Shown here: in pieces, positions 1 through 8,441 of the stretch
Numbering within the stretch: position 1 is the stretch's first letter
Layout of the letters: each line of letters starts with the position of its first letter
Source: Candidatus Saccharimonadota bacterium
GTDB taxonomy: Bacteria > Pseudomonadota > Gammaproteobacteria > Enterobacterales > Enterobacteriaceae
Direction of reading: 5' to 3'
Length of the DNA stretch: 32,000 nt
Assembly: GCF_012562765.1 (NCBI RefSeq)
Contig: NZ_CP046226.1
Location: 30,001 to 62,000, forward strand
The notes under the pieces: model-generated
Databases searched by the model: none
Seen by the model: the letters and a program-made list of their open reading frames with translations, nothing else
Told to the model about the DNA's origin: nothing
Translations under genes and position numbers: made by a program

Positions 1-546
1 TTTATAATTATTTATAATAAAACTATGACTTTTATTACTCCAAGAAGTTAATTGTTTGTCAGCTCCGGCTCTAAAAGTATCTCCAGATGCTAAAAGCACT
101 GATTTACTATTATTATAAAAATAATAAGCCAATTTTCCTATAGTAGTTGTTTTACCAACACCATTAGCACCAATAATTAAAATTACAAAAGGTTTTTTAT
201 TTTTAATAATTAATGGAATTTCTACAGGAATTAATATATTTAACATTTCTTGTTTTATATAATTATATAATAAATAAGAATTTTTTATTTGTTTTTTATT
301 TGCATAGTTAGAAACTAAATCAATAATTTTTTTAGTTGTATTTAATCCTACATCAGCAGTAATTAAAGTATTTTTTAAAAAATTAAATAATTTTTCATCT
401 ATAATATTTTTTTTATTAAAAACATTAATAATTTCTTTACTTAAATTTTGACTAGTTTTAAATAGACTATTTTTTAAAAAATTTAAAAATCCTTGTTTTT
501 TTTTCTTTATTTTTATAGAAGTAACAGATATTTTATCTTTTATCAT
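1..546 (-). CDS. ftsY: SRP receptor FtsY, N-terminal portion (3' end runs off the left window edge)
   Basis: I translated the reverse strand myself; this ORF is not in the supplied track. It is open from ATG 546-544 down to base 1 (182 codons): [35 protein letters not shown]...[25 protein letters not shown]...[17 protein letters not shown]. The GxNGxGKTTT P-loop and DTFRA are SRP-GTPase signatures. It is divergent from rsmD, as in E. coli. Confidence 0.9.
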   Translation of the reverse strand, partial: MIKDKISVTSIKIKKKKQGFLNFLKNSLFKTSQNLSKEIINVFNKKNIIDEKLFNFLKNTLITADVGLNTTKKIIDLVSNYANKKQIKNSYLLYNYIKQEMLNILIPVEIPLIIKNKKPFVILIIGANGVGKTTTIGKLAYYFYNNSKSVLLASGDTFRAGADKQLTSWSNKSHSFIINNYK

Positions 547-571
547 ATTATTTTATTGTATATTTATTATA

Positions 572-610
572 ATAATTTTATATTTATAATTTTATATTTT
601 TAATTTTATA
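572..610. repeat. Tandem 14-bp repeat ataattttatattt: two perfect copies (572-585, 586-599) plus a degenerate third copy
   Basis: Read directly from the ftsY/rsmD divergent spacer. The core decamer aattttatat recurs exactly at 574, 588, 647 and 684, and with one mismatch at 602. Confidence 0.8.
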
Positions 611-723
611 AAAGATACTTAATATTATTAATTATTTAATATTTAAAATTTTATATTAATTAATAAATATTATTTTTATGTAAAATTTTATATAATTATG
701 AAAAATAATTTAATATCATTAAT

Positions 724-1284
724 ATGAATAAAATAAATATTATTTCAGGTAAATGGAAAGGTAAAAAAATATATGTAATTAAAAATAAAAAATTAAGACC
801 TACAATGAATTTTATCCGTGAAAATTTATTTAATTGGTTATCAGAAAAAATATATATGTTAAAATGTTTAGATTGTTATGCAGGAAGTGGTGCTCTTAGT
901 TTTGAAGCTTTATCAAGAAATGCTTTATCTTCTACTTTAATTGAAAACAATTTTCAAATTTTTCAACAATTAAAAAAAAATTCTTTTTTATTACAAGCTA
1001 AAAATTTAATATTAATTTATAAAAATACTTTAAATTATTTATCTAATACTGGAAAAAAATATGATTTAGTTTTTATAGATCCTCCTTTTTCTAATAATAA
1101 TGTTTTAATTAAAAAAACGTGTATTTTATTAGAAAATAATAATTGGTTAAAAAAAAATGCATTAATTTATATTGAATATAAATCAGATAGTACAAAAATA
1201 ACATTACCAAAAAATTGGTTTTTATATCGTAAAAAAAAATTAAGTATTGTAAATTATGAATTATACGTAAGAAATAATATATAA
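724..1284 (+). CDS. rsmD: 16S rRNA m2G966 methyltransferase RsmD
   Basis: 186-aa ORF. LRPT..IRENLFNWL, CLDCYAGSGALSFEALSR and LVFIDPPF are co-linear with E. coli RsmD (YhhF). It sits next to ftsY in divergent orientation, as in E. coli. Confidence 0.88.
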   Translation: MNKINIISGKWKGKKIYVIKNKKLRPTMNFIRENLFNWLSEKIYMLKCLDCYAGSGALSFEALSRNALSSTLIENNFQIFQQLKKNSFLLQAKNLILIYKNTLNYLSNTGKKYDLVFIDPPFSNNNVLIKKTCILLENNNWLKKNALIYIEYKSDSTKITLPKNWFLYRKKKLSIVNYELYVRNNI

Positions 1285-1292
1285 AATATTTA

Positions 1293-1574
1293 TTATAATT
1301 TTTTTATTAAAAATAAATAAGGAATAGAATTCATTTTTTTTTTGATAATTTTATATTTCATAAATAAACAGAATTGTTTTATATCTAAATAAACTAAATT
1401 ATTATCAGTAATAATAAGTAAAGTTTCATTTAATATCATATTAACAGTACTTTTTTTTATCATTATTATTGTTTTAGGACATTGTAAACCTTTTATATTT
1501 AAAATATAAGTAGGTTTTTTATAAAATTTTTTAATTTCATCCATATTAATTACATTATTTTTTTTTAAATTCAT
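1293..1574 (-). CDS. tusA: Sulfur carrier protein TusA (SirA family)
   Basis: 93-aa ORF. LNIKGLQCPKTIIMIKK...ETLLIITDN...IPYLFLIKK parallels E. coli TusA (LDALGLRCPEPVMMVRK...ETLLIIADD...LPYRYLIRK), and the active Cys is retained. An internal ATG at 1544 would give the E. coli-like N-terminal length, so the start is uncertain. Confidence 0.8.
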   Translation of the reverse strand: MNLKKNNVINMDEIKKFYKKPTYILNIKGLQCPKTIIMIKKSTVNMILNETLLIITDNNLVYLDIKQFCLFMKYKIIKKKMNSIPYLFLIKKL

Positions 1575-1686
1575 TATTTATATTAATAATATATTCTATA
1601 ATTAACATACAATATATAATAATTAATATTATATTAATAAATAATTATATTTTAATTTCAATATTATGTACTTATAAGGAAAATTT

Positions 1687-2691
1687 GTGAGTTTAACAAA
1701 AGAAAAACAAAAAGTTCTTGATGATGCTATTAATCAAATAGAAAAACAATTTGGTAAAGGTTCTATTATGAGATTAGGTGATAATAGAACTATGGATATA
1801 GAATCTATATCAACAGGATCTATAACTCTAGATATAGCTTTAGGAATTGGTGGTTTACCTATTGGTCGTATTGTAGAAATATATGGTCCTGAATCTTCAG
1901 GAAAAACAACATTAACATTACAAGTTATAGCTGAAGCTCAAAAAATAGGAAAAATATGTGCTTTTATTGATGCAGAACATGCATTAGATCCAATATATGC
2001 AAAAAAACTTCACGTTGATATTAATCGTTTATTATGTTCTCAACCTGATACAGGAGAACAAGCATTAGAATTATGTGATGCTTTAGCTAAATCAGGTATA
2101 GTAGATGTTATTATTGTAGATTCTGTAGCAGCATTAACTCCTAAAGCAGAAATTGAAGGTGAAATAGGTGATTCTCATATAGGATTAGCTGCTAGAATGA
2201 TGAGTCAAGCAATGCGTAAATTAGCTAGTAACTTAAAACAATCTAATACATTATTAATTTTTATTAATCAAATACGTATGAAAATAGGAGTATTATTTGG
2301 AAATCCTGAAGTTACTACTGGAGGTAATGCCTTAAAATTTTATTCTTCTATAAGATTAGATATTCGTAAAATTGGTGTTGTAAAAAATGGAGATAATATT
2401 ATAGGCAGTGAAACGAGAGTAAAAGTAGTTAAAAATAAAGTTGCTGTTCCTTTTAAACAAGCTGAATTTCAAATTATATATGGTGAAGGAATAAATATTT
2501 ATGGAGAATTATTAGATTTAGGTGTTTCACAAAAAATAATTGAAAAATGTGGTTCATGGTATAGTTATAAAAGTGAAAAAATAGGTCAAGGAAAATTAAA
2601 TGCTATAAATTTTTTAAAACAAAATAAAAAAAAAGCAAATGAAATTGAATTAAAAATACGAGAACTTTTATTAAATAAAAATATTTTTTAA
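1687..2691 (+). CDS. recA: Recombinase RecA (lacks the acidic C-terminal tail)
   Basis: 334-aa ORF with a GTG start preceded by aagga 7 nt upstream. It contains [16 protein letters not shown], Walker [36 protein letters not shown] and [15 protein letters not shown]. It is near-colinear with E. coli RecA and very highly conserved. Confidence 0.97.
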   Translation: MSLTKEKQKVLDDAINQIEKQFGKGSIMRLGDNRTMDIESISTGSITLDIALGIGGLPIGRIVEIYGPESSGKTTLTLQVIAEAQKIGKICAFIDAEHALDPIYAKKLHVDINRLLCSQPDTGEQALELCDALAKSGIVDVIIVDSVAALTPKAEIEGEIGDSHIGLAARMMSQAMRKLASNLKQSNTLLIFINQIRMKIGVLFGNPEVTTGGNALKFYSSIRLDIRKIGVVKNGDNIIGSETRVKVVKNKVAVPFKQAEFQIIYGEGINIYGELLDLGVSQKIIEKCGSWYSYKSEKIGQGKLNAINFLKQNKKKANEIELKIRELLLNKNIF

Positions 2692-2753
2692 TAATTATTT
2701 TTTAAAAAAATAAATTTAATATAATCAATAAATAGATTAAAGGTTTTCTACAT

Positions 2754-5399
2754 ATGGAAAAGACAACCAATGAAATTAGTAATATTTTTCTAAATTATTT
2801 TTATAATAAAAAACATATTATATTAGAAGGTAGTTCGTTAATACCATACAATGATTCATCATTATTATTTACAAATGCAGGAATGAATCAATTCAAAAAA
2901 TATTTTTTAGGATATGAAAAATCTAATTATTCACGAATAGTTACAATTCAAAAATGTATACGTATTGGAGGAAAACATAATGATTTAGAAAATGTAGGTT
3001 TTACAAATAGACATCATACATTTTTTGAAATGTTAGGTAATTTTAGTTTTGGAGATTATTTTAAAAAAGAAGCAATTTATTATGCGTGGGAATTATTAAC
3101 AAATTCAAAATGGTTTAATTTAAATAAAAATAAAATATTTGTTACTGTATATCATACAGATAAAGAAACTTATAATATATGGAATAAAGATATAGGTATT
3201 TTAAAAAAAAATATTTTATTAATCGGAGATAAAAATAATATTCTTTATAATTCTGATAATTTTTGGCAAATGGATAGTACTGGTCCTTGTGGACCATCTA
3301 CTGAAATTTTTTATGATTTAGGTAATCATTTATCTGGTAATATTGTAAATAATACTGGAAATCGCTTTATTGAAATATGGAATATTGTATTTATACAATT
3401 TAATAAAACTTTAGATGGAAAATTAATTCCATTACCCATACAATCTGTAGATACAGGAATGGGATTGGAACGTATTAGCTCAGTTTTACAAGGATTTGAT
3501 TCTAATTATCAATTAAATATATTTAAAAAATTAATTCAATATATAGCTAAAATCACTAATACTAAAAATTTAGAAAATAATTCATTAAAAGTAATAGCAG
3601 ATCATATTAGATCTACTGTTTATTTAATATATGAAGGAATACTACCTAGTAATGAAAATAGAGGATATGCATTAAGACGTATTATGAGAAGAGCTATAAA
3701 TCATGGAAAAATATTAGGACAAAGTAAACCTTTTTTTTATAAATTAGTTAAAAAATTTATAGAAAATATTAATATTAATACTGAAATAATAAAACTAAAT
3801 AAAAAATCTGATTATATTGAAAATGTAATACGAATTGAAGAAGAAAATTTTGAAATTATTTTAAAAAAAGGAACAATATTATTAAATAAAGAAATTAGAA
3901 AATTAAAAACAAATATTTTAAATGGAGAAAAATTATTTTACTTATATGATACTTTTGGAGTATCAATAGATTTAATAAAAAATATATGTAAAAAAAAAAA
4001 TATTAATATAGATCAAAAAGAATTTGAAAAATTTATGAATATACAACGTAGTATTTCTAGAAAAAATAGTTTATTTAAAAATAATCAAAAATTATTTTAT
4101 ATAAATAAAATATCAAATTTTGATGGTTATAATAAATATAAAATTAATAGTTGTATATTAGATATATATGTAAATAATAAATTAGTACATAAAATTAATA
4201 AAGGAGATAAAGGAGTAATAATATTAAACATCACTCCTTTTTATGGGGAATCAGGAGGACAAATAGGTGATATAGGATTTTTACAAAAAGATAAAAATAA
4301 TTTGTTTGAAGTTTATGATACAAAAATTAATGGAAATTTGATTCTTCATATAGGTAAAATGATTGAGGGTACATTAGAAATAAATAATTACATAAAAGCA
4401 AAAATAAATATTAAACATAGATTAAATATTAGTAGAAATCATTCAGTAACACATTTATTACATGCTTGTTTACGTAAATTATTAGGAAATGACATACAAC
4501 AAAAAGGATCATATATTACACATACTTATTTACGTTTTGATTTTTCTTATTTAAAAAACTTTGAATTATCAATGTTATTCCAAATAGAAAAAATGATAAA
4601 TAACTATATATTTGATAGTATTCCTATTAATACATATTTAGTTGATAAAAATATAGCTAAAAAAGATGTAAATATAATATCATTATTTAATGAAAAATAC
4701 AGTAATATTGTTAGAATTGTAGAAATAGAAAATATTTCTAAAGAATTTTGTAAAGGTACTCATATATTAAATACTAATCAAATTGGTTTTTTTACAATTA
4801 AAAAATTTAGTAATATATCACATGGAATTAAAAGAATACATGCAATTACTCATAATTATTCATTAGAATATATACAAAAACAAAATAAAAAATTAAAATT
4901 AATTTCTAATATTTTAAAAACAAATGAAACTAATTTAATTGAAAAAATATTAATATATAAAGATAAAAATAATATTTTAAAAAAATCTTTAAAAAATTTT
5001 GAACAATATTTTATTAATAAAGAAAGTCAAATTTTATTTGATAAAAGTATTTTTTTACAAGATATAAATTTTATAATAAGTAATATTTATAATTTTCATC
5101 CTAAATTTTTTAATTTTGTTTTAAAAAATTTAATTAGTAAAATAAATAAATTTATAATAATATTATCTACTCAATGGGAAAATAATTTTTATTTAATAAT
5201 GAAAATTTCTAAAAATTTATCAAAAGAAATTAATGTTATTGAAATTATTAATAAATTTTATGATAAAAAATATTGTAAAGTTGGTGGATGTGTTACTATA
5301 GCACAAGTAAATTGTAATTTTAATAAAGAAAAATTTTTTTTATTTTTAAATAAAATTAAATTATTTTTTTTAAAATTATATAAGAAAAATAATATTTAA
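2754..5399 (+). CDS. alaS: Alanine--tRNA ligase
   Basis: 881-aa ORF. It contains FTNAGMNQFK, RHHTFFEMLGNFSFGDYFK, WNIVFIQFN and DTGMGLERI, plus the editing-domain motifs HSVTHLLH and CKGTH. The recA-alaS-csrA order matches E. coli. Confidence 0.96.
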   Translation: MEKTTNEISNIFLNYFYNKKHIILEGSSLIPYNDSSLLFTNAGMNQFKKYFLGYEKSNYSRIVTIQKCIRIGGKHNDLENVGFTNRHHTFFEMLGNFSFGDYFKKEAIYYAWELLTNSKWFNLNKNKIFVTVYHTDKETYNIWNKDIGILKKNILLIGDKNNILYNSDNFWQMDSTGPCGPSTEIFYDLGNHLSGNIVNNTGNRFIEIWNIVFIQFNKTLDGKLIPLPIQSVDTGMGLERISSVLQGFDSNYQLNIFKKLIQYIAKITNTKNLENNSLKVIADHIRSTVYLIYEGILPSNENRGYALRRIMRRAINHGKILGQSKPFFYKLVKKFIENININTEIIKLNKKSDYIENVIRIEEENFEIILKKGTILLNKEIRKLKTNILNGEKLFYLYDTFGVSIDLIKNICKKKNINIDQKEFEKFMNIQRSISRKNSLFKNNQKLFYINKISNFDGYNKYKINSCILDIYVNNKLVHKINKGDKGVIILNITPFYGESGGQIGDIGFLQKDKNNLFEVYDTKINGNLILHIGKMIEGTLEINNYIKAKINIKHRLNISRNHSVTHLLHACLRKLLGNDIQQKGSYITHTYLRFDFSYLKNFELSMLFQIEKMINNYIFDSIPINTYLVDKNIAKKDVNIISLFNEKYSNIVRIVEIENISKEFCKGTHILNTNQIGFFTIKKFSNISHGIKRIHAITHNYSLEYIQKQNKKLKLISNILKTNETNLIEKILIYKDKNNILKKSLKNFEQYFINKESQILFDKSIFLQDINFIISNIYNFHPKFFNFVLKNLISKINKFIIILSTQWENNFYLIMKISKNLSKEINVIEIINKFYDKKYCKVGGCVTIAQVNCNFNKEKFFLFLNKIKLFFLKLYKKNNI

Positions 5400-5400
5400 T

Positions 5401-5424
5401 ATAATTAAATAATTAAATAATTAA
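5401..5424. repeat. Perfect 3x tandem octamer (ataattaa)3 immediately after the alaS stop
   Basis: Read directly: ataattaa ataattaa ataattaa. Confidence 0.85.
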
Positions 5425-5544
5425 ATTTATAAGATTATATCTATATATTTAATTTTTATTTATCTTATTAAAATATTTTCATTAATAATTTTAATAAAAT
5501 ATTAATTAATTCTCATTTTTTTTATTTCTTTTAAGGAGAAAAGG

Positions 5545-5727
5545 ATGCTTATTCTTACTCGCCGAGTAGGCGAAACACTTATGATAGGTGATGATGTTAT
5601 AGTAACAGTATTAGGAATTAAAGGAAATCAAGTACGAATTGGTGTTAATGCTCCTAGAGAAATAGCTGTACATCGTGAAGAAATTTATCAACGGATTCAA
5701 GCAGAAAAAAATCAGCAAACAATTTGA
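5545..5727 (+). CDS. csrA: Carbon storage regulator CsrA (RNA-binding translational regulator)
   Basis: 60-aa ORF: [58 protein letters not shown]. It is almost identical to E. coli CsrA over its whole length. A strong SD (aaggag) lies upstream, and the gene forms a local GC-rich island. Confidence 0.97.
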   Translation: MLILTRRVGETLMIGDDVIVTVLGIKGNQVRIGVNAPREIAVHREEIYQRIQAEKNQQTI

Positions 5728-5774
5728 TAAAATAAATAAAATAATTTTTTATATAAAATTATTTAATAATTAAT

Positions 5775-5806
5775 TTGACTTATTTTTTCATAAAATATAA
5801 TATAAT
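5775..5806 (+). promoter_or_regulatory. Candidate sigma70 promoter for the tRNA pair: TTGACT (5775-5780), 17-nt spacer, TAATAT (5798-5803)
   Basis: The -35 hexamer is near-consensus and contains G/C in otherwise pure A/T DNA. Overlapping TATAAT hexamers occur at 5796 and 5801. The implied transcription start lies a few nt before the tRNA 5' end at 5815. Confidence 0.4.
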
Positions 5807-5814
5807 TTTTATAT

Positions 5815-5904
5815 GGTGAGATGGCCGAGTGGTTGAAGGCGCGCCCCTGCTAAGGGTGTATGTGATATTAATTTACATCGAGGGTTCGAATCTCTCTCTC
5901 ACCG
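5815..5904 (+). tRNA. serV: tRNA-Ser (anticodon GCU), class II with long variable arm; no encoded CCA
   Basis: Folded by hand. The acceptor GGTGAGA pairs with TCTCACC, followed by discriminator G. The anticodon arm is CGCCC-CTGCTAA-GGGTG, the variable stem ATGTGA pairs with TTACAT, and the T-arm is GAGGG-TTCGAAT-CTCTC. It is co-linear with E. coli serV and is followed by TAA rather than CCA. Confidence 0.93.
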
Positions 5905-5910
5905 TAATTA

Positions 5911-5983
5911 GCATCCGTAGCTTAGTGGATAGAGTACTCGGCTACGAACCGAGCGGTCGGAGGTTCGAATCCTCCCGGATGCA
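5911..5983 (+). tRNA. argV: tRNA-Arg (anticodon ACG); no encoded CCA
   Basis: GCATCCG...CTCGG-CTACGAA-CCGAG...GGAGG-TTCGAAT-CCTCC-CGGATGC-A. It is essentially identical to E. coli argV apart from the D-loop. It lies 6 nt after tRNA-Ser, is present as a single copy here, and is followed by TTT rather than CCA. Confidence 0.95.
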
Positions 5984-6006
5984 ATTTATTAATTATTTTT
6001 TATTAT

Positions 6007-8310
6007 TTATTTTAAATAATAGTTATATTTTTTTCTTAGAATTTTAGTTGCTTGTACCATATTATGTAAACTTTTTATTACCTCTTCCCATGTTCTTGTT
6101 TTCAATCCACAATCAGGATTTATCCAAAATTTTTTAAAAGAAATATTTTTTAATGCTTCTATTAAAAATGATTGAATTTTACTTATAGAAGGTATATTAG
6201 GTGAATGTATATCATATACTCCTAATCCTAATTCATTTGGATAATTTAATTTTTTAAATAATTTTATTAAATTAGTACCAGAACGAGATGTTTCAATACT
6301 GATAACATCAGCATCTAAAATAAGAATAGAATTAATAATATCCTTAAATTCAGAGTAACACATATGGGTATGAATTTGTGTTTCATCTTTTGTAGATGAT
6401 ATTGTTAAATGAAAAGATTCTATTGCCCAATTTAAATATTCATTCCATTCAGATTTCTTTAAAGGTAATCCTTCTCTTAAAGCAGGTTCGTCTATTTGTA
6501 TAATTTTAATATTTGATTTTTCTAAGTCATATATCTCTTCTTTTAGAGCTAATGCAATTTGCTTAGTAATTTCTATAGGTGAAATATCATCTCGAGGAAA
6601 AGACCAAAGTAACATTGTTATAGGACCAGTTAACATTCCTTTAACTATTTTTTTTGTTAATGATTGTGCGTATTGAGACCAATATACTGTTATTGGTTTA
6701 CTTCTACTAATATCTCCAATAATAATTGGTGGTTTTACACAACGAGAACCATAACTTTGAATCCAACCATTTTCAGTTATAACAAATCCATTAAGATTTT
6801 CTCCAAAATATTCAACCATGTCATTTCTTTCTGGTTCTCCATGAACTAATACATCTAAATCTAATTTTTCTTGAATATTAATAATGTTTTTAATATGATT
6901 TTTCATATTTTTTTTATAATTATTATAATCAATATATCCTGATTTAAAATCAGATCTTAATTTTCTAATATCTGATGTTTGAGGAAATGATCCTATAGTT
7001 GTAGTTGGCATTAATGGTAATTTTAATTTTTCTTTTTGTAAAATTGATCTAGTATCATAATGTTTACGATTATTTATAATATTATTACCAAGTAATAATA
7101 TTTTTTTTTGTACTTGTATGTTAGTTATTTTTTTAGAAATTTTTCTAGTATATATGAATTTACTCCATTCAATTAATTGACTAGGATCATTATTATTAAT
7201 AGCTTTAACTATTAAATATAATTCTTGACATTTTTGTATTGCAAAAGAAAACCAATTTTTAATTTTTTTATCTAATTTAAACTCTAAATTTAAATCTACT
7301 GGACTATGCATTAATGAACAAGAACTACCAATCCATAATAATGGTCTATTATTTTTTATAGATATTAAAATATCATACCATTTTTTTAAATCAGTTTTCC
7401 AAATATTTCTACCACTAACAATTCCAAAAGATATAATCCATTTTTTAGAAATATTATTATTAATATATTCAATATTATCTTTTCCATTAACTAAATCTAT
7501 ATGTATTCCATTAATAGGTAATAATTTAATTAGTTCAATATTATGACTAATACCACCAAAATATGTTGTTAATAATATATTAATATCATTACTAATATTA
7601 TTTCTTAATATATCATAAGTATTTTTAAATGATTTTAACCATTTTTCTGGTAATTCTAAAGCTAAAATAGGTTCATCTATTTGAATCCATTGAATATTTC
7701 TTTTTTTTATCTCTAATAATATTTCAATATAAATTGGTAAAATATTTTTTAATAATTCTAAACGACTAAAATTATTGTTTTCTACTTTGGTACCTAACCA
7801 AAGATATGTAAGTGGACCAATTAATATTGGTTTAATATTATTAATATTCATTTTTATAGCTTCATCTAATTCAATTAATAATTGTTTCCAAATAAAATTA
7901 AAAGACTGATTTTTATAAAATTCAGGAACTATATAATGATAATTAGTATTAAACCACTTAGTCATTTTACTAGCATTTAATGCTTTTTTATTATGAATAG
8001 AACCTCTACCAATATAAAACATTGTATCTATATTTATAGAATTATCTATTTTTTTTTGGAATCTTATAGGAACATTTCCTAACATTAAACTAGTATTAAG
8101 TATATGATCATACCATGCAAAATCACCTATAGGTAATAAATCAATATGATTATCTATTTGTTTATTTAAATTAAATTTCCTAATATTATAACCAATATTA
8201 AATAATTTTTCTTTTGTTATTTGATTATTCCAATATTTTTCTTGAGCTTTTTTTAATTCACGATAAGGACCAATTCTAGGAAAACCTAATGTATGACTCA
8301 ATACTTTCAT
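6007..8310 (-). CDS. metE: Cobalamin-independent methionine synthase
   Basis: 767-aa ORF. It contains LGFPRIGPYRELKKA and the C-terminal Zn-site motifs HTHMCYSEF and NPDCGLKTR. The length is similar to E. coli MetE. Confidence 0.95.
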   Translation of the reverse strand: MKVLSHTLGFPRIGPYRELKKAQEKYWNNQITKEKLFNIGYNIRKFNLNKQIDNHIDLLPIGDFAWYDHILNTSLMLGNVPIRFQKKIDNSINIDTMFYIGRGSIHNKKALNASKMTKWFNTNYHYIVPEFYKNQSFNFIWKQLLIELDEAIKMNINNIKPILIGPLTYLWLGTKVENNNFSRLELLKNILPIYIEILLEIKKRNIQWIQIDEPILALELPEKWLKSFKNTYDILRNNISNDINILLTTYFGGISHNIELIKLLPINGIHIDLVNGKDNIEYINNNISKKWIISFGIVSGRNIWKTDLKKWYDILISIKNNRPLLWIGSSCSLMHSPVDLNLEFKLDKKIKNWFSFAIQKCQELYLIVKAINNNDPSQLIEWSKFIYTRKISKKITNIQVQKKILLLGNNIINNRKHYDTRSILQKEKLKLPLMPTTTIGSFPQTSDIRKLRSDFKSGYIDYNNYKKNMKNHIKNIINIQEKLDLDVLVHGEPERNDMVEYFGENLNGFVITENGWIQSYGSRCVKPPIIIGDISRSKPITVYWSQYAQSLTKKIVKGMLTGPITMLLWSFPRDDISPIEITKQIALALKEEIYDLEKSNIKIIQIDEPALREGLPLKKSEWNEYLNWAIESFHLTISSTKDETQIHTHMCYSEFKDIINSILILDADVISIETSRSGTNLIKLFKKLNYPNELGLGVYDIHSPNIPSISKIQSFLIEALKNISFKKFWINPDCGLKTRTWEEVIKSLHNMVQATKILRKKYNYYLK

Positions 8311-8441
8311 ATTTATAAAATACCTATTTAATTATTATAATTTATATAAACATTTATTATCTATAAGTATTAGATTTAATTAAAAATAATTTCTTTTATT
8401 TATAAATATATAAATTTTCTTTAAAAAAATACTTAAATAAT

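Noticed and set aside
1575-1686. Looked for a LexA/SOS box upstream of recA
   Set aside because: The spacer contains neither CTG nor CAG, so no CTG-N10-CAG box can be present. The absence is reported under the recA finding rather than as a feature.
5829-6047. 72-aa ORF on the + strand
   Set aside because: It lies entirely over the tRNA-Ser and tRNA-Arg genes and runs into the metE 3' end. It is open only because the tRNA DNA is GC-rich. It has no SD.
6664-6849. 61-aa ORF antisense to metE
   Set aside because: It is a short shadow ORF inside a well-supported gene, with no initiation signals and a low-complexity product.
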